In this document: one piece after another, positions 44,505 through 53,470 of the stretch | Position numbering within the stretch: the stretch's first letter is position 1 | How the letters are laid out: each line of letters begins with the position of its first letter | Assembly (NCBI GenBank): GCA_963779615.1 | Contig: CAVZZA010000001.1 | Span: 645,743-709,742, forward strand | DNA from: an uncultured Nitrososphaeraceae archaeon | GTDB taxonomy: Archaea > Thermoproteota > Nitrososphaeria > Nitrososphaerales > Nitrososphaeraceae | Length of the DNA: 64,000 nucleotides | Direction of reading: 5' to 3' | Translations under genes and position numbers: made by a program | The notes under the pieces: model-generated | Database searches by the model: none | What the model saw: only the letters and a program-made list of their open reading frames with translations | What the model was told of the DNA's origin: nothing

Positions 44505-45648
44505 GTGATTAAAAACCTCATATTTAGTGCCATAGTACTTTACGGTAATCGCATTTGGATACAATGCTTTTGCATACGCAACAGACTGGGATAAATCTGA
44601 TTTACCATTTAGGGGTAATCATGATCCGTGGCAATCAAATCATCAAAGTAAACTAATGTATAATTGGGACAAACTGCTTGAAAAGTATAAAGATATCATT
44701 CCATTAACTGGTAAACACCTTGCTAAATTATCTGGAAAGATCGGCGTATTGATATATACTCATGGAGATCCTTCTGATCCAATGCATGGACATGAACCAG
44801 TAAAAACTGAAAGCATAAAAAAAGCACTTGAAAAACTAGGATACCCTTCTGAAATAATAACACACATGCCCTATACATGGGATGAAGGATTACAAAAACT
44901 AGATGATCAGAATGTAAAATATGTAGTCTTTTTGTATACTGATTTATTTGGGCCAAAGTCTACTGTAATTCATAACGTAACTAGAGGGATCTTTGGAGGC
45001 ATTGAAGACTATAAATATTGTCCTGGTGTTCCTATGGGGCCTGATGTATGTATGTATATGGGAGAAGTAACAAAGCCAGCAAGCGAGACAAGTGATGCAA
45101 CTTTAGTTTTCTCAAGACCTGCGAGCCCAGATGACAAAACATTAAGAGAGATCTTTCTTAAGATAGCACAAAAATCAGATATGAATGAAAACGGGAAACC
45201 TAAAAAAGAAATTTTTGTATTGGTAGGTCATGGCGCGAGGTCAGACTTAAATGATCTCTATCAAACCAAAGAACTAACAAGTGCTGCTAAATATGTTCAA
45301 CATAAAATGAAATATGCTGATGCCTTTGGAGTTACTGCAAGAGAAGATTGGCCTGAACTAATGCCTGATGCTGTAAATAGCGCAGCTGATAAAATCGAGG
45401 AATCAATAAATATGCATAACGCCGACCATGCTGTTCTTGTTCCTGCAGCTGGAAGCGGTTCGGGCTTTGACGCTGTTAAACAAGAATTAGATAATAGGGG
45501 AATATCGTATGTTGAAACTGAGGGAACATTGCCAATAGGCGCCAAACAATTTACTCAATGGGCTCTAAAAAACATCATTGGATCCACAGTATTTATTCTG
45601 ATGGAGAAACCTTCCGAGAATACCATAACCTCTACTTGGGGGGTATGA
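44505..45648 (+). CDS. CbiX/sirohydrochlorin-chelatase-fold protein, probably secreted (signal peptide separated by a frameshift near 44540)
   Basis: Two class II chelatase His motifs (VLIYTHGD, VLVGHGARS); GTG at 44505 after TATA 44476 encodes MIKNLIFSAIVL then, shifted by 1 nt, TVIAFGYNAFAYA in frame with ORF 44656-45648. Confidence 0.7.
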
Positions 45649-45799
45649 CATATTTCTATATTTTTTTTGGCAAATCCATTATACCTCAACAACAAAAGAA
45701 ATTTATAGTGAAAATCTCATGAAAGCGAAAGAAACCTTATTGTCAGATTTTGACAATGTTTTTTTAATTAAATCTTTGTTGTCATTGGAAATTATGATT

Positions 45800-46454
45800 A
45801 TCCAAACATTTCTTATAGAAAAGTAATGGAGGGTATCACGCATATCCTTAGAACCGGATGTCAGTGGAAGGTGTAACCAAGAGAACGTAGATTAGATTCT
45901 GCATGCCATAGCCGATTCCAGGAATGGATTCGATCAAATATTTTCAAAAAGATGGGGATTAGGTCGTTTGAATTAAACTGGGAACAAAAAGGCATTTTCA
46001 CCGGATAAAGAAGGTATCTCACTTTCAGTTGCCATACCGTCTACCAGCACTCATGATGGTAGATTTAGTAACAGATGTAATGGATAATGTGGTTGTCAAA
46101 CGATCATCATCATCATTAACAAAACATGACAAATCCAGAAAAAGAAAACCGTAACACCTATGCCTTGACAAAGCGTACAACTCCAAGCCGGCAAAACAAA
46201 AAATCATCAGCAGAGGCTATGTACCGCATTTACCGTGAAAGAGAAAAAGAGGGGGATGTCAATACAGAAACACAAAAAATTCCAAATCGAAAAAACGTCC
46301 TGCCAGAAGATGGCGGTGGTGGAGAGAGACAACTCATGGCACAACCGGTTCAGAAAGCTGTTCACAAGATGTGAGAGGAACGTAGAACTATGTTGGGTTG
46401 GTGCAGTTCTCATGCTGTATCATTATCTACAGAAAGATACTTTGGGGTGGGCTC
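45800..46454 (+). mobile_element. Second IS5-family element, degenerate and mosaic
   Basis: ILRTGCQWK and CHSRFQEW fragments; ~46077-46454 nearly identical to 42922-43303 including the right TIR. Confidence 0.85.
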
Positions 46455-46559
46455 TAAATATGTTTAAATAAATCAAAATTATTTATCAGCTCTGTTCACT
46501 TAAGGATAAAACTAAATCTTGAAAATTCCTGTTTCCATTGTGATTAGTAGAAACAGGAT

Positions 46560-47090
46560 TCCTCAGCGTATATTGGTTGTGGACTGTATTTTTATTTTTC
46601 TGGCCTGTCATCAGGAAGAACCTCTCAAACACTGTCCTCATGTTTTGTCAAATCAAATCATGTTCTCCATTTGGAACTGGATACAATAGTACACACCAAA
46701 GAGGCTTTCCTCAAGGAAAAAGAAGGTGGAGGAGTTTCTCGTTGACGAGACATTATTTGAAATTGGTTCAGAAATGTTATGGCTTTGATGGGTGGCAATT
46801 GAGATGCCTGCCAACAAGAAAATTCTTTCAATAATCATATACGAGGAAAGAAACATGTTTGTGGTGGCCGAACCCTTTCTATCCGGCATGTTAGAAGACA
46901 TGGCTAACACCCTTTCTCGACTGATGGTGGAATATGGTATCCACAAGCATGCAGGTTCCTGATTGTAAAATATCATGTCCATTCCCCTTGTGAGAAAAGC
47001 ATGATTGAACGTACAATGCAATACATCAAGGACAGAACTTAATGCTTTAATGCTGATTATTTTCCGTGTAAAAAGAAGAAATGCTAATTT
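46560..47090 (+). mobile_element. IS6-family transposase remnant
   Basis: Broken frames WNWIQ, FLVDETL, WVAIE, ERNMFVVAE, STDGGIWYPQACRFL, IERTMQYIKDRT. Confidence 0.85.
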
Positions 47091-47215
47091 TTCATAAAAT
47101 TTTTCATTAAATTTTACTTGTATTTTAATTTAGGTGATGTGAATATGAGAACAATGAATTGAAGGATTGTTCTTTATTATAACAATGGAGAATCATGGCT
47201 ATCTTTATATCATTG

Positions 47216-47229
47216 TTAGGCTTACCTAA
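47216..47229. promoter_or_regulatory. DtxR-type operator downstream of TATA (ncRNA copy B)
   Basis: ctttatatcattg-ttaggcttacctaa. Confidence 0.85.
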
Positions 47230-47231
47230 TC

Positions 47232-47438
47232 ATGTCTATCAAGTAACCAAATAGACACAAAAAAATAGGCTCGACCTATACAAGCCAAATCCTGGGGTAT
47301 GTCATATCCGCTGGAACATATTGGTCTTAGAAACTAGTAAGCATGATAATAAAGGAGCGAATCACTATCTAAGGTAGTGTTGATTTTTTCAACATTCGCT
47401 CCTTTATATTATTTTATATTTTACAGAGCAACTTTTTT
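47232..47438 (+). ncRNA. Putative iron-regulated structured small RNA, copy B
   Basis: Same architecture as copy A; 14-bp stem 47349-47362/47394-47407 with a compensatory U-A to C-G change. Confidence 0.6.
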
Positions 47439-47489
47439 ATTTATCCAATTGTCTGACCATTTTATTATGATTGCATAATAACTTAAATA

Positions 47490-47517
47490 TTAGGCTGGAT
47501 TAATTAGGCATTACTAA
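47490..47517. promoter_or_regulatory. Tandem degenerate DtxR-type operators
   Basis: cttaaata-ttaggctggattaa-ttaggcattactaa-tg, overlapping the start codon at 47517. Confidence 0.65.
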
Positions 47518-47702
47518 TGACCATTCAAAATCAATCCTCCTCACTAATTTATGAGAAAGATGAAGCAGATGAGATTCAGTTTACAACATATATTTGCGAG
47601 AACACCGACGGTATTTTAGACCCCCTTGACCAAATGACTTTTGCATTGAATGAGACTGCATTAAGGTATGGTCCTATCACAGTATTAAAAGACGCCCCAT
47701 AA
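47517..47702 (+). CDS. Small acidic hypothetical protein (leaderless, putatively DtxR-repressed)
   Basis: ATG ~30 nt after TATA; 5' end duplicated at 44001. Confidence 0.6.
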   Translation: MTIQNQSSSLIYEKDEADEIQFTTYICENTDGILDPLDQMTFALNETALRYGPITVLKDAP

Positions 47703-47725
47703 CTTTAGGCAAAAGTAGTTACAAA

Positions 47726-48007
47726 ATGAAATCACCATCTACTGCTTCTTCTAATTCTCACGCTTCATCAGGAAAGCACTCGCTTCAAGAAGATAAAGCA
47801 GATGAAATTAAGGCACTTATAGCGCGATATGTATTGCTAAAAATAGAGCAAAAGAAGATAGAGTCAAAATTGTCTGAAATTGCCAAATATTACAATGACG
47901 AATCGCTTAGAACGATATTCGAGCCCATAGGCGAATCCATGATGGGAGTTATAGGTTTGGAACTTCCACACACCAGAAAAAAGGATTATGATGGTGTGAG
48001 CAGTTAG
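47726..48007 (+). CDS. Small helical/coiled-coil hypothetical protein
   Basis: 23 nt after the 47517 ORF on the same strand; EDKADEI resembles EKDEADEI of the upstream ORF. Confidence 0.6.
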   Translation: MKSPSTASSNSHASSGKHSLQEDKADEIKALIARYVLLKIEQKKIESKLSEIAKYYNDESLRTIFEPIGESMMGVIGLELPHTRKKDYDGVSS

Positions 48008-48108
48008 TAAAGTAGTTGGTGCTTAATCTACGAACTAAAATTATCCGTGATAAAAACAATCATTATTATTGTTATTTGCCAGATAAATCTCATCGTGTTT
48101 TATAGGCA

Positions 48109-48417
48109 TTATATTTTTTTAGGGGATGAGGGTTTCTGTTTTGATGACTTGTAAACACTCAATCTTTTTTTGTTGCCCTTTCTTTTGCTCTTTCGTAGAG
48201 GGTTTTTTCCGGCAGTAGGCATTATCTTTCCTTTAATCAATTTTGTGCTACAGATAGTGCAATTTCCTTCAATTACGGCCATTCTGGTTGCCAGCTTAAC
48301 AAATTTGATATTTGACAGTTTAACATTTGTTTTACATAGTGTACAATAGGTAGAATATCTGGAAATATTACCGCCTTCTGCTTCAGCTACTGCTACTGCT
48401 TCAGATTCTGATGCCAA
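48109..48417 (-). CDS. Zinc-ribbon protein (DUF5679-like) with Lys/Arg-rich tail
   Basis: YCTLCK...GNCTICSTKL followed by a basic tail; TATA-like element upstream. Confidence 0.75.
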   Translation of the reverse strand: MASESEAVAVAEAEGGNISRYSTYCTLCKTNVKLSNIKFVKLATRMAVIEGNCTICSTKLIKGKIMPTAGKNPLRKSKRKGNKKRLSVYKSSKQKPSSPKKI

Positions 48418-48522
48418 CTAGTATACTAGGTTCTTTAATACTATAAATGTATATTTAAAAATAATAATAAAAAAATAATAATTTGCTATCTGTAAATAAA
48501 AAAATATGTTAAAAGAAAGGTT

Positions 48523-49008
48523 TTATTGGATTTCTAGCCTTGCTAGGATATCCTCAATGTTTTGTTCGTCCTCAAGTTCTGCATCCAACAGTTCTAATGC
48601 AAGCCTGTAGGTTCCGTGATCCTTGTCTTTGACATTGTTTGCCAAATCATTATAGTGCTTAATTACGACTCTTTCAAATTCCAAGGCTTTCTCCAGTGCG
48701 GTTCTTAGGGACAAGTATCTTGATGGCTGAAGCTTTCCAAGTCCGCTCTCCTGCTCCCATTGTGCCGGGTCATCAGTTGGCTGCACTTCAAGCTGCATTA
48801 GCCTAAAAGCAACTTTTTTTGAATGGCCCAACTCCTCTTTTGCCCTGTCCTCAAAGAAGCCCTGCTCTAATACCCCTAACCCTTCAATGTTTTGTGAAAC
48901 ATACCAAAAATAATGGAACGCTGATAACTCCGCGCTATAAGCCGTCTTTAACATTTCTACTGTTCCCTCAACACCGGGTCCAGCTATCTCTTTTGACATT
49001 TTTCCCAT
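48523..49008 (-). CDS. Ferritin-like di-iron protein (bacterioferritin/DpsL-like)
   Basis: AE..A...Y, EELGH, ALEFE...I..Y, KDHGT and E.EDE four-helix ferroxidase pattern. Confidence 0.88.
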   Translation of the reverse strand: MGKMSKEIAGPGVEGTVEMLKTAYSAELSAFHYFWYVSQNIEGLGVLEQGFFEDRAKEELGHSKKVAFRLMQLEVQPTDDPAQWEQESGLGKLQPSRYLSLRTALEKALEFERVVIKHYNDLANNVKDKDHGTYRLALELLDAELEDEQNIEDILARLEIQ

Positions 49009-49059
49009 AAGTATCTATACGAGAATCGATTATATAAATATTTGAATAAAATTGTGATT

Positions 49060-49132
49060 AATTAATAAAATATTAGTACAAATTAATAAAATATTAGTAC
49101 AAATTAATAAAATGTTGGTACAAATTAATAAA
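49060..49132. repeat. 21-bp tandem repeat x3.5 upstream of the ferritin-like gene promoter
   Basis: aattaataaaatattagtaca x2, aattaataaaatgttggtaca, then partial aattaataaa. Confidence 0.92.
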
Positions 49133-49724
49133 CTTTTTTTTGGGTTTGATGATTTGCAACAATTCGTTATTATTAATGAAAATTGTATTGTGAATTGAAT
49201 TTAGTGATTATCGTGTTATTTCGTCTATCTATCAAAAGAATTTTTCCAGTTTTAGAATAGGGCAAAAAAATTAATGGCAAGGAAATCCTGCTCCATGTCA
49301 AATCAGGAATAATTTCATGCAGATGTATTGTATTATACATATCACTATCTTGAACAAGACTAAAAATATGATTTGGTCATAACCTGCAACAAAAAGACCA
49401 AAAACTACAATGGATGCAAAAAACCAATATCTATTTTTGGATTGTCACATTTTCTAACAATGGTTTTATTGTAAGTTGACATTAATTCAATGTTTTTAAT
49501 TATGTATGACCTGCTGGGTGGTTATCCAATCAATGTTCTAAAGTGTATGGATTGAAAAAATATGTGAACGACTTTGAAAACTTGTATCTTAATTAGTTAT
49601 CATAAATATTCGTTAGTTGCACAATAATAATATCTTTTTAAAGCTGCTTTTAATTATAAAACGAAAATGGTGGGTTATTGTTTATGTGTGAATATAGTTA
49701 AAACAATAAAAATACCTCTGGTTT

Positions 49725-49927
49725 AAAAACGATAGGCATTAATGTAAAGAGACAATAAAGGAGTGAGGATAAAAATTCCAGTTTCATCCCAATAGTTTAT
49801 TTACTCCTTTATTATAGTGAATTTGAGTCCCAGTTTGCTGATGTTCCAGTGGATATGACATACCCAGGATTTGGCTTGTATAGGTCGAGCCTATTTTTTT
49901 GTGTCTATTTGGTTACTTGATAGACAT
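49725..49927 (-). ncRNA. Putative iron-regulated structured small RNA, copy C
   Basis: Reverse complement nearly identical to copy B for the first ~85 nt; 11-bp stem 49754-49764/49803-49813 around a different loop. Confidence 0.6.
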
Positions 49928-49929
49928 GG

Positions 49930-49943
49930 TTAGGTAAGCCTAA
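49930..49943. promoter_or_regulatory. DtxR-type operator (ncRNA copy C)
   Basis: ttaggtaagcctaa with minus-strand TATA (atataaag) just upstream. Confidence 0.85.
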
Positions 49944-50421
49944 CAATGATATAAAGCTAGCCATGATTCTCCATTGTTAAAATAACGCTATAAAATAGGA
50001 AACCATATGGATAAAAATATTCTCCCAAAAATGTTTTGCTTGACTATTTCTCACTTGGATTGGTTGATTTTGTGAGTGTTGATAGCAACAATCGTATTAA
50101 ATTAATCTTGAGTCAACACAGAATCATTGTAAATTTTATTTAGAAGCCTAATTCAGGTACCAAAGCAAAAGAAATTACAATCTGGGAGAGCCTAAATTGC
50201 TGTTCTGCATTACTTTATGTTAACACACAAATTTTGAGAGCAAATTCGGATAGTTATTCTTTTGTCAATATAAATATATATCAAAAGTACTGCATATTTA
50301 TTTTTCTTATGCAGTACTTGGCAAAGCGAATATCATAAAGATAAACCTGATATCGAAATTCTCTATATAAAAATTTTGTTAAAAAACATTTAATACCATC
50401 GTCGGTTAACCTAGTAACAAT

Positions 50422-50682
50422 ATGACATTACCCAAGGGATTCGGTTCACAAGCTACTACTAAAAAAAATAGAACTTTCGAAGAGTGGTGGACAACTGTTC
50501 CAGGAGACTTAAAAACAAAGGCTCGCAAAGGTGACGAAGCCAACAAGGTTATTCTGAATCAGGTAAATTATGTGTTGCTTCATCTGCATCTTCAAGGAAA
50601 ACATGATGCAAAGCCATCACATGATGAATTAAAAGACTGGCTTCATAGTGGTCAAGTAGATACAATGCGTGCCAAAAAATAG
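50422..50682 (+). CDS. Small hypothetical protein
   Basis: MTLPKGFG...WLHSGQVD; TATA (tttaata) upstream and T-rich terminator downstream. Confidence 0.8.
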   Translation: MTLPKGFGSQATTKKNRTFEEWWTTVPGDLKTKARKGDEANKVILNQVNYVLLHLHLQGKHDAKPSHDELKDWLHSGQVDTMRAKK

Positions 50683-50791
50683 AAATTCTTAAAAGCCACA
50701 ATATTTTTTTTATTCCTACTTTTTTTTAACCCATGCATTACATAAAATAAAATACATATAAATAGACGGTTGAAGAAAACGGATAGGACTT

Positions 50792-51493
50792 TTGAAGAGG
50801 GGCAACCATATTGCAATTTTTGACACTTTTAAAACTCACCATACAAAGTCAACTAGAGAGGCAAAAAGGCAGAGAGGAATAATTGCTCATATAGCAATAG
50901 AAAAAGACCCCAAGGGCAAAACAAGAACTTCAATAGCTCATATATTGGCAAAAAAATACGACATAGCTTGGCAAAATATCTATTCAGCAATTTTTAAGGA
51001 TCTCGACGAGGTGCTTTTACCTGCCCGGGTTGTCAAAGAGGGAGGCAGATTGCCAATAAAAAGAGGCCCAAAAGCTCTTCAGATAGAAGGAATTCCATAT
51101 TATGAGCTTACCCATATCGGCCTAATCATCGCATCGACTATTGAAGAAACAGGTGACATAAGGTTAAGAATGAAATTACTAGAGTCGTATATTTCTAATT
51201 CTAATTTTAACGGAAAAGATAACAATGTAAATAATGGTAATAATTCCACAATCAACGACGGTATATTGCTACTATCCAAATACGCCCCATCCTTCATATT
51301 GAAAATAATAAATGAATACATCATAGCATACAATCATGGAGAAATAGAAAAATTAGACAAATTAGATGGTGAAAAATTAAAACAAATAATGTCAAAACAG
51401 ATAACCATAGAAAGAGAGCTTGTTGAAGCGTGTATGGTATTGTCAAATGACAAAAGGGAATTAATAAGAAATTTTATAAAAATAATTAGCTAG
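50792..51493 (+). CDS. Hypothetical winged-helix-like protein
   Basis: TRTSIAH.LA...IYSAIF helix-turn-helix-like segment, YYELTHIG wing. Confidence 0.75.
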   Translation: MKRGNHIAIFDTFKTHHTKSTREAKRQRGIIAHIAIEKDPKGKTRTSIAHILAKKYDIAWQNIYSAIFKDLDEVLLPARVVKEGGRLPIKRGPKALQIEGIPYYELTHIGLIIASTIEETGDIRLRMKLLESYISNSNFNGKDNNVNNGNNSTINDGILLLSKYAPSFILKIINEYIIAYNHGEIEKLDKLDGEKLKQIMSKQITIERELVEACMVLSNDKRELIRNFIKIIS

Positions 51494-51521
51494 AGATGGA
51501 GAGTTGATATTTGGGGACCAT

Positions 51522-52451
51522 TTAAACCCTATACGGAACAGATAGAGATTTCAAGTCGTAAGCCAAATCGACCTCTGGGAAAACAGATTTGGCCTCATTT
51601 AGCAAAACCGTCAAATCCTTGTACCTAGTACTAAAATGGGTAAGACATAACTTGTGCACACCTGATAATTTTGCAAGATTTGCTGCTTCAAAAGCAGTAG
51701 AATGGAAGCTTTCTTTGGCTTTGTCAAGTTCAGTTGACCTGAATGTGGATTCAAAAATCAACAGATCGCAATTTTTGAAAAATTTGCATAACTCGTCTGT
51801 AGGTCTGGTGTCCCCGGAAATGCCAATTTTTCTTCCAGGACGCAATGGACCCACAATGGTGTTAGAAGGTATTAACTTGTCGTTAAATGTTATGTTTTCA
51901 CCTTTTTGTAACGTTTGATACAAAATACCTGCTGGAATTCCCAAAGATTTGGCCTTTTTTATATCAAATTCACCCGGGCGACTACCTTCAACCAGGCAGT
52001 ACGCATAGGAGGAAATTCCATGACCGTGATTGGATCGGCAAAACATTATTTTGTAGTCTTTATCGACTACAAGGACTCCACCATTTTCAGAAATGATGTG
52101 TATGTTTAAGTTGAAAGAAAAATGAATATCGAGAATTTTGATATTTTCAATCAAAAAATCATAAAGTGATTCAGGGCCGTAAATATCTATGGGCAAATTG
52201 CGTCCCTGTAATGAAAGTGTCTGAAAGAAACCCAAGAGTCCCAAAATGTGATCCGAATGCATGTGTGTGATAAAAATCCTAGTTTTTTTATTAAAACCAA
52301 ATCGCCCCCGGATAAAATTATACTGCATTCCTTCACCCGCATCAAAAATAAATAAGCTTCCATTCCTGTTAATAACGACGGAAGAGAGAAACCTGTTTTC
52401 TGAAGGCATTGCTGCTGATGTTCCAAGGAAAGTTACATCAAGGTTGGCCAT
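51522..52451 (-). CDS. rnz: Ribonuclease Z
   Basis: FLGTSAAMP, FDAGEG.Q, THMHSDH, SGDTRP, HST, THFSTRY. Confidence 0.96.
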   Translation of the reverse strand: MANLDVTFLGTSAAMPSENRFLSSVVINRNGSLFIFDAGEGMQYNFIRGRFGFNKKTRIFITHMHSDHILGLLGFFQTLSLQGRNLPIDIYGPESLYDFLIENIKILDIHFSFNLNIHIISENGGVLVVDKDYKIMFCRSNHGHGISSYAYCLVEGSRPGEFDIKKAKSLGIPAGILYQTLQKGENITFNDKLIPSNTIVGPLRPGRKIGISGDTRPTDELCKFFKNCDLLIFESTFRSTELDKAKESFHSTAFEAANLAKLSGVHKLCLTHFSTRYKDLTVLLNEAKSVFPEVDLAYDLKSLSVPYRV

Positions 52452-52491
52452 GATCTTGTCTCAAATAAAAAGGTCATTCTAGTACAATCAG

Positions 52492-53388
52492 TCAACAAAG
52501 CATAGAAGACAATGCATTTGTTATATCCACACTTAAATCAACTTTAGAGCATGATCTGGGAACACTGTTAGTAGAAATGATGTCAGTTAATCCGGCATTT
52601 CTCAAGTTTTGTATAGAGCCTTCATCAGATAATGCGTGAACACACATAACATACGTTTTTCCACATTGATTTTTTTTTAAAAGATCCAGTGCTTTTAAAA
52701 TAGTCCCTCCACTAGATATCATGTCATCTATTATGATTATGTCACGATCTTTAACATCAACTTCCAAATTTTCATCCATGATGATATTTCCGGAAATTCG
52801 ATCTCTAATTTTTTTTAGCCCAAGGAAATCGCATTTCAGTATTTTGGAAAATTCATTAGCTCGTGCAATGCCACCGATATCTGGAGAGACAACAACAGGA
52901 TTTGCCAAACTAAATTTGGTCCTGGCATAGTCAGCAAGTGAATTTATGGAGGAAACATTAATTATGTTTGATTTAAAATACGAAAGTGCTCTAATGCTGT
53001 GAATATCCACCGTGATTAAATTACGTATCCCAGTGCATTCTAACAGCCTGGAGATTAGGGAAATTGTAACAAATTCTCCATCCAGAAACTTTCTATCTTG
53101 GCGAGCGTATCCCATGTAAGGCATGACAGATATGACCTCTGAAGCCCCCGATGCATAACAACTAGAAATAATCATTAAATTTTGCAATAGGTGTGAATCT
53201 ACAGGAGGATATGTGGATTGAACTACCACACATTTTTTACCTGTCAGATTCGCATCAATCCGTATTTTACTTTCACCATCTGAAAATATTCTTAAATCTA
53301 TAGGAATGGATATGGACTTTAAACGTGCAGCGATAAAATTTCCTAACTCCAATGATGAAGGGCCAGGCAATATCACCACATCTTTCAA
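52492..53388 (-). CDS. prs: Ribose-phosphate pyrophosphokinase
   Basis: FSDGES, PYMGYARQD, VDIHS, SPDIGG, IIDDMISSGGT. Confidence 0.96.
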   Translation of the reverse strand: MKDVVILPGPSSLELGNFIAARLKSISIPIDLRIFSDGESKIRIDANLTGKKCVVVQSTYPPVDSHLLQNLMIISSCYASGASEVISVMPYMGYARQDRKFLDGEFVTISLISRLLECTGIRNLITVDIHSIRALSYFKSNIINVSSINSLADYARTKFSLANPVVVSPDIGGIARANEFSKILKCDFLGLKKIRDRISGNIIMDENLEVDVKDRDIIIIDDMISSGGTILKALDLLKKNQCGKTYVMCVHALSDEGSIQNLRNAGLTDIISTNSVPRSCSKVDLSVDITNALSSMLC

Positions 53389-53470
53389 GACATTTGAAAA
53401 TAATTTTAGAATCTTAAAAACGTTAATCAAACATATTGAGTTGTAAAACAAAAAGAATTAAAAGAAATTA

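Noticed and set aside
49060-49132. 21-bp repeat as a CRISPR array
   Set aside because: Units are contiguous with no spacers
43632-50000. The three repeated units as MITEs or a CRISPR-like array
   Set aside because: No terminal inverted repeats or target-site duplications, no regular repeat-spacer periodicity and no cas genes in the window; conservation centres on promoter, operator and stems
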